Positions 27,418 to 32,000 of a DNA stretch of 32,000 bases are shown here, one piece after another. The stretch lies in assembly GCA_030674875.1 (NCBI GenBank), contig JASXSU010000003.1, positions 504,076 through 536,075 on the forward strand, written 5' to 3'. The notes under the pieces are model-generated. The model did no database searches. It saw only the letters and a list, made by a program, of their open reading frames with translations, and was not told the DNA's origin. The position numbers and the translations under genes are program-made. Every line of letters starts with the position of its first letter. The stretch's first letter is position 1. The stretch comes from Candidatus Endonucleibacter sp. (ex Gigantidas childressi). GTDB taxonomy: Bacteria > Pseudomonadota > Gammaproteobacteria > Pseudomonadales > Endozoicomonadaceae.

Positions 27418-28182
27418 GTGAAGTTGTATGCAAATCAATGGGGGCAAGGGCAGGATGTGATAAGCCTACATGGTTTATTTGGTTCACAGCAGAATCTGGG
27501 AACTTTAAACAGAAGCTTGGCTAAAGAATTTCGAGTGCATGGGCTAGATGTGCGTAATCATGGTCGCTCCCCCCATAGTGATGAGATGAACTACAAACTT
27601 ATGGCGCAAGATGTTATAGAGTATTTTGATGATCGTGAACTGCACACGGTTGATTTGCTGGCTCATTCTATGGGCGGTAAAATCGCAATGACAATTGCGT
27701 TACTAGTGCCTGAGCGCATTCGGAAGCTGGTTGTTATGGATATCGCACCGGTAGAGTACGATCACAAGTGTGACGATGTGTTGGATGGATTATCAGCAAT
27801 TGATTTAGATGCTATCAAAAAACGCTCAGATGCGGACACCATGCTAGCTCCCTTTGTTCAAAACAGTGATATCCGTCTATTTCTGTTAAAAAATCTTTAT
27901 CGTGATAAAAATGGAAGTTACCAATGGCTGTTCAACCTTAAAAGTATTCAAGAAAATTACTATGAAATTGTAAAATCACCGTCCTCTGATCAGGTGTTTG
28001 AGGGAGATACTTTGTTTCTCAAAGGAGAGGATTCTTACTATATTCTTCCTGAGCACGAAGGTGCAGTGTTGTCGTTATTTCCAAATGCAACGGTGGAAGT
28101 TGTGCTTGGAGCCGGTCATTGGTTGCATGCCCAGCAGCCTGAAATGGTTTTTAATTCTATTAATAAATTTCTTAAATCATGA
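27418..28182 (+). CDS. ybfF: alpha/beta-hydrolase esterase, YbfF-like
   Basis: 254-aa ORF with a GTG start. LHGLFGS, RNHGRSPH, nucleophile elbow HSMGGK, DIAPV and GAGHWLHA are collinear with E. coli YbfF as recalled. Confidence 0.75.
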   Translation: MKLYANQWGQGQDVISLHGLFGSQQNLGTLNRSLAKEFRVHGLDVRNHGRSPHSDEMNYKLMAQDVIEYFDDRELHTVDLLAHSMGGKIAMTIALLVPERIRKLVVMDIAPVEYDHKCDDVLDGLSAIDLDAIKKRSDADTMLAPFVQNSDIRLFLLKNLYRDKNGSYQWLFNLKSIQENYYEIVKSPSSDQVFEGDTLFLKGEDSYYILPEHEGAVLSLFPNATVEVVLGAGHWLHAQQPEMVFNSINKFLKS

Positions 28183-28203
28183 GTTACGCGGATTCAAATC
28201 ATT

Positions 28204-28272
28204 CCGGGTGGGGTATGCGCCTATGCTTGGGGGTGGTTTTTACTGTGAACTCTTTAATAGTAACGGGTTGTA
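28204..28272 (+). repeat. MITE-like family, degenerate 3' part ending at the IS5 relic
   Basis: GCGCCTATGCTTGGGGG ... AACTCTTTAATAGTAACGGGTTGTA (core fragment plus right TIR). Confidence 0.4.
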
Positions 28273-28276
28273 ACTA

Positions 28277-28930
28277 GGTCTGATGAGTTTGAACGATGGA
28301 GCTTTTGGTGAGTTGAAAAAACATCATAATGAGCGAAGGTCGCATTAATATCATTGATGCTATACCGATAGAGACAGAGCGATCAGGTTCGGGCCACGAC
28401 AAAAGCGGAAAACCGACAAAATATCCTGAAGCGGGCTACCACGTTAAGAATGACAGTCGTGGTAACAAAAAAACACCTATGGTTTTTCCGTTCATGCCGG
28501 TGTCGATGAAGATGGCTTTATTCATAGGCAAAGCGTAACGTTTGGCAATGTTCATGATTCTCAGGAACGTGATACCCTGCTACTGAGGAATGAAACGGCA
28601 CTGTATGCCGATTCCGCTTACAGCTCTGAGCAGACCCGAGAGAAATTAGCGCAGCTAGGTATTAAAGATCAAGTTCAACGTAAGGGCTACATAGGGAAGC
28701 CTCTATCGAAAGAAGATATAACTCGTCACAAATAAATAGCCGTAACACGGGCGGGTGGTGAGCGTCCTTTTGCCGCCTATAAAAGACACTACGGACTTGT
28801 CAGGACTCGGTTCATGGGCCTTGCCAAAAATGCGACAATTTATGGGCTGGCCGATATTGCTGTGAACATTCGTAAAGGTACTAAGTTTTTGGTGCTCTAT
28901 GGTGTGTCAAAACCATGTTATACAGGATAG
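28277..28930 (+). pseudogene. IS5-family (DDE_Tnp_1) transposase pseudogene, N-terminally truncated, multiple frameshifts and an internal stop
   Basis: Pieces appear in three frames: GRINIIDAIPIE ... YPEAGYHVK ... VDEDGFIHRQSVTFGNVHDSQERDTLLL ... ALYADSAYSS ... QVQRKGY ... IAVTRAGGERPFAAYKRHYGLVRTRFMGLAKN ... NIRKG. This follows the IS5-family pattern. Confidence 0.75.
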
Positions 28931-29135
28931 GTACGTTAAAAATCAGTCCGAAGCACTAAAATCAGTGTATAAAACAAATGATTTGATGTTCAACGCCTTA
29001 GAAAGCTTCGTAATGGCTGACAAAGCTTGGAAAGTTCAATTACCGAGACCAAAGTCGTTGGTTATACTGAGGTCTCGTTTGTGTGTTTAGTCTGAAAATC
29101 AAGTACCTATTCTTTGTGTTATTTTATGTTAGGTT

Positions 29136-30242
29136 TTACTGTTCAACCAAGCTGATAGCATCAAGTAATATCTGGGCTCCTGCCCCAAGTTTATGTGCGT
29201 GTTCGCTGAGATGACGCCGAAATTTTCTGGCTCCCGGCACGCCTTGATAAAGACCCAGCATATGGCGAGTAATGTGGCTAAGATATATTCCTTTTGCAAG
29301 GGATGATTCAATATATGGCATCATGCGTTCAATAATAACATTTGGCTCAATTGGAAGGCTGCAAGTGCCGTATAGTAGGCTGTCTACTTCTGCTAACATG
29401 CATGGGTTTTGATAAGCAGCCCTGCCTACCATAACACCGTCCAGATTGGTTATATGTTCGCCAGCCTCTTTAAGTGATTTAATCCCCCCGTTTATAATAA
29501 TTTCTAGGTGAGGGAAGTCTTTTTTTAATTGATATACCCAGTCTGGCTTGAGAGGTGGTATGTTTCTATTTTGGTTTGGAGATAGTCCTCCAAGAATGGC
29601 TATACGCGCATGAACAATAAATGTTCTGCAACCGGCCTCTGCCACTTTGCCAACAAAATCAACAAGCTTCCCATAAGAGTCTTGGTTATTAGTGCCGATC
29701 CGGTGCTTTACTGTAACAGGTATATCCACAGCATCCACCATTGCCGCTACCCCGTTAGCTACCGTTTCTGGCTCTTCCATAAGGCAAGCTCCTATCCGTC
29801 CATTCTGGACACGATCGCTCGGACACCCCACGTTCAAATTAACTTCCTGATACCCCCATTCTTGAGCAAGACGTGCGCATCTAGTTAATTCTACTGCATC
29901 ATATCCGCCTAGTTGTAAGGCCAAAGGGTGCTCAAAAGCATCGTGTTGTAATAAGCGTCGTTTATCCCCATGAATAAGAGCGCCTGTAGTTATCATCTCT
30001 GTATAGAGTAAAGCATGTTGAGAAAACTGTCGGTGAAAATATCTGCAATGCCTATCGGTCCAGGTCATCATTGGTGCTACAGAAAATAAACGGGGTAAGG
30101 TTTTATGCCTATTATTAGTGAAGGCGTGAGGTTGCTGGTTGCTCTCACTTACACCTTCAATGGTATCGGGCATAGATGATTTCTGCTTTGTATCGGTAAG
30201 CGTAAAGGCTCTGTGCTGATCAGTGTTAATTATTTGAGCCAT
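29136..30242 (-). CDS. dusA: tRNA-dihydrouridine(20/20a) synthase DusA
   Basis: FSVAPMMTWTDRHCRYF, NLNVGCPSDRVQNG, HARIAILGGLSPNQNRNIPPL and ITRHMLGLYQGVPGARKFRR are collinear with E. coli DusA. The N-terminal extension contains a short repeat copy (see findings). Confidence 0.9.
   Translation of the reverse strand: MAQIINTDQHRAFTLTDTKQKSSMPDTIEGVSESNQQPHAFTNNRHKTLPRLFSVAPMMTWTDRHCRYFHRQFSQHALLYTEMITTGALIHGDKRRLLQHDAFEHPLALQLGGYDAVELTRCARLAQEWGYQEVNLNVGCPSDRVQNGRIGACLMEEPETVANGVAAMVDAVDIPVTVKHRIGTNNQDSYGKLVDFVGKVAEAGCRTFIVHARIAILGGLSPNQNRNIPPLKPDWVYQLKKDFPHLEIIINGGIKSLKEAGEHITNLDGVMVGRAAYQNPCMLAEVDSLLYGTCSLPIEPNVIIERMMPYIESSLAKGIYLSHITRHMLGLYQGVPGARKFRRHLSEHAHKLGAGAQILLDAISLVEQ
30117..30174 (+). 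repeat. MITE-like family, 58-bp internally deleted copy lying inside the dusA 5' coding region
   Basis: AGTGAAGGCGTGAGGTTGCTGGTTGCTCTCACT joined directly to TACACCTTCAATGGTATCGGGCATA. On the minus strand it reads in frame as MPDTIEGVSESNQQPHAF. Confidence 0.75.
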
Positions 30243-30261
30243 TGTGTAGCCTTAAATTCCT

Positions 30262-30361
30262 GTAAATTTAAAGTAAAGGTTGTTGGCTCTCTTATCACAA
30301 ACTCTTGCTTCTAAGCTCATGGAGCTTTTTCCTGTTCATACCATCAAAAGCAATTGGTATA
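30262..30361 (+). repeat. MITE-like family, degenerate copy
   Basis: AAGGTTGTTGGCTCTCTTATCACAAACTCTTGCTTCTAAGCTCATGGAGC ... CATCAAAAGCAATTGGTATA. Confidence 0.6.
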
Positions 30362-30399
30362 ATCTATTTTTTGATGCTTAGTTAGGGTGTTTTCTTGTA

Positions 30400-30527
30400 T
30401 ATACCCGTCGCCTTTCAATCTGCTACGTTGTTGGCTGCGCTCGCTCACCCCAATCACCTGCTACTCGTAGGCCCATGGGGCTTAGCTTACTTGCCGCCTA
30501 GTAGCAACTTGAAATCCTTTGGGTATA
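30400..30527 (+). repeat. MITE-like family, full-length copy with TIR subtype 2
   Basis: TATACCCGTCGCCTTTCAATCTGCTACGTTGTTGGCTGCGCTCGCTCACCCCAATCACCTGCTACTCGTAGGCCCATGGGGCTTAGCTTACTTGCCGCCTAGTAGCAACTTGAAATCCTTTGGGTATA. Confidence 0.9.
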
Positions 30528-30560
30528 AGGTGGAGTGGTGCGAAGGTACTGAAAAATAAA

Positions 30561-30584
30561 ATACCTTCAATGGTCACGGGTATT
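30561..30584 (+). repeat. solo right TIR of the MITE-like family, 12 nt from the purH stop
   Basis: ATACCTTCAATGGTCACGGGTATT. Confidence 0.6.
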
Positions 30585-30596
30585 AAGTATGACTCT

Positions 30597-32000
30597 TTAG
30601 TGACGAAAATGACGAATGCTGGTAAATACCATGGCAATACCAGCATCATTGGCTGCATTAATGACCTCTTGGTCTCTCATTGACCCTCCCGGTTGAATAA
30701 TTGCGGTGATGCCTACACTAGTAGCAGCGTCAATACCATCCCTAAAGGGGAAGAAAGCATCGGAAGCCATTACGGAGCCTTTTACTTCCAGATTTTCATC
30801 AGAGGCTTTAATTCCGGCTATACGGGCGCTGTATATACGACTCATCTGACCAGCTCCAATTCCTATTGTTTGATTGTTGTGAGCGTATACAATGGCATTG
30901 GACTTAACAAACTTGCAGACCTTCCAGGCAAACTGCAAATCTCTCATCTCGGACTCGGATGGATGGCGAGCGCTTACAACTTTTAACTCAGTAGACGTCA
31001 CCTGCCGCATATCTGCATCTTGAATCAAGAGTCCACCATGCACTCGCTTATAATCTAGGTAAGAGGTTTCTGTTTCAGAAAACTGGCCACAGCTTATTAA
31101 ACGAATATTTTGCTTGTTTTGGAGAACGCTCACAGCTTCTGCGTCTACTTCTGGAGCAATGATAACTTCTACGAATTGCCGGTCAATTATATTTTGGGCG
31201 GTCACCCCATCAAGCTTGCGGTTAAATGCAATGATGCCACCAAAGGCGGATGTGGGGTCAGTCATATATGCTCTGCTGTATGCATCCAGTATATTTGCAC
31301 CCAGTGCTACGCCGCATGGGTTGGCGTGCTTGACGATAACGCAGGCAGGCTGATCGAAGGATTTGACGCATTCAAGTGCTGCGTCTGCATCTGCGATATT
31401 ATTGTATGAAAGAGATTTACCTTGATGTTGTTGAGCTTTGGCAATGGTGCCGCTAGCGGCGGTGTGCTCTGCATAGAAGGCAGCTTTCTGGTGGGGGTTT
31501 TCTCCGTAACGCATATCTTGAACTTTAACTAGTTGCTGATTAAATGTTCGAGGAAAAGGGCTGTTATTTTTACAGCCTGTGTGATCCAGATAGCCAAGAT
31601 AATTAGCAATAGCTGCGTCATAACTGGCAGTGTGCTCAAAGGCCTTTACTGCTTGATTAAAGCGGATTTGCGAACTTATTCCGCCATTATTATTATCAAT
31701 TTCCGTAATAATTAAATCGTAATCATTAGGATTAACAATAACGGTAGCCTCGCTGTGATTTTTGGCTGCTGCTCTGATCATGGCAGGGCCGCCAATGTCA
31801 ATGTTTTCTATGGCCTGGGAAAAGCTGCAATCTGGGTTGGCAATGGTTTGTTTGAAAGGGTAAAGGTTGACAACAACTAGATCAATCGAGTGAATACCAT
31901 GTTTGGCCATTATGGCATCATCTTGCCCTCTTTTGCCAAGGATGCCCCCGTGAACTTTAGGGTGCAGGGTTTTTACTCGACCATTCATCATCTCGGGGAA
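30597..32000 (-). CDS. purH: bifunctional AICAR transformylase / IMP cyclohydrolase, 5' end beyond window
   Basis: [16 protein letters not shown] ... NIDIGGP ... [13 protein letters not shown] ... KHANPCG ... SIRHFRH stop. The reading frame continues to the window edge, and about 70 N-terminal residues are missing. Confidence 0.95.
   Translation of the reverse strand, partial: FPEMMNGRVKTLHPKVHGGILGKRGQDDAIMAKHGIHSIDLVVVNLYPFKQTIANPDCSFSQAIENIDIGGPAMIRAAAKNHSEATVIVNPNDYDLIITEIDNNNGGISSQIRFNQAVKAFEHTASYDAAIANYLGYLDHTGCKNNSPFPRTFNQQLVKVQDMRYGENPHQKAAFYAEHTAASGTIAKAQQHQGKSLSYNNIADADAALECVKSFDQPACVIVKHANPCGVALGANILDAYSRAYMTDPTSAFGGIIAFNRKLDGVTAQNIIDRQFVEVIIAPEVDAEAVSVLQNKQNIRLISCGQFSETETSYLDYKRVHGGLLIQDADMRQVTSTELKVVSARHPSESEMRDLQFAWKVCKFVKSNAIVYAHNNQTIGIGAGQMSRIYSARIAGIKASDENLEVKGSVMASDAFFPFRDGIDAATSVGITAIIQPGGSMRDQEVINAANDAGIAMVFTSIRHFRH

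Overview
This window looks like a low-GC (about 40% by eye) gammaproteobacterial chromosomal backbone, judged from protein similarity and gene order. I can support 24 protein genes. They are a yjeH-like exporter (-), trpE-trpG-trpD-trpC (+), gatC-gatA-gatB (-), mreB-mreC-mreD (+), maf (+), an orphan STAS-domain gene (-), and ligB (-). They continue with the yeaG(prkA)-yeaH-ycgB(spoVR) module (-), an LpxL-family acyltransferase (-), a TSUP/TauE-like permease (+), lgt-thyA (+), a ybfF-like esterase (+), dusA (-) and a 5'-truncated purH (-). I saw no rRNA, tRNA or CRISPR array. I did not find a convincing new multi-gene system such as a defence island or biosynthetic cluster. The structure that ordinary annotation leaves unexplained is repeat-based. 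(1) A very dense family of about 125-bp MITE-like elements is present. Each is bounded by TATA, has roughly 23-bp terminal inverted repeats (about TATACCCGTTACCATTGAAGGTG) and a conserved non-palindromic core. There are about 11 full copies and about 10 short, solo or degenerate copies, roughly 2 kb by hand count. They fill most intergenic spacers, including spacers inside the gatCAB, yeaG-yeaH and lgt-thyA units. One copy abuts the gatA start codon and one lies in frame inside the dusA 5' coding region. (2) A 1.76-kb scar sits between maf and ligB. Two 159-bp arms that differ at 3 positions form an inverted repeat around a 1.15-kb segment. That segment carries the STAS gene plus non-colinear relics of metH and of a FadL/TodX-type outer-membrane gene. 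(3) Decayed mobile or selfish DNA is also present: IS30-family and IS5-family transposase relics and a frameshifted BrnT-type toxin relic that splits mreD from maf. All coordinates and alignments were made by eye and need computational confirmation.
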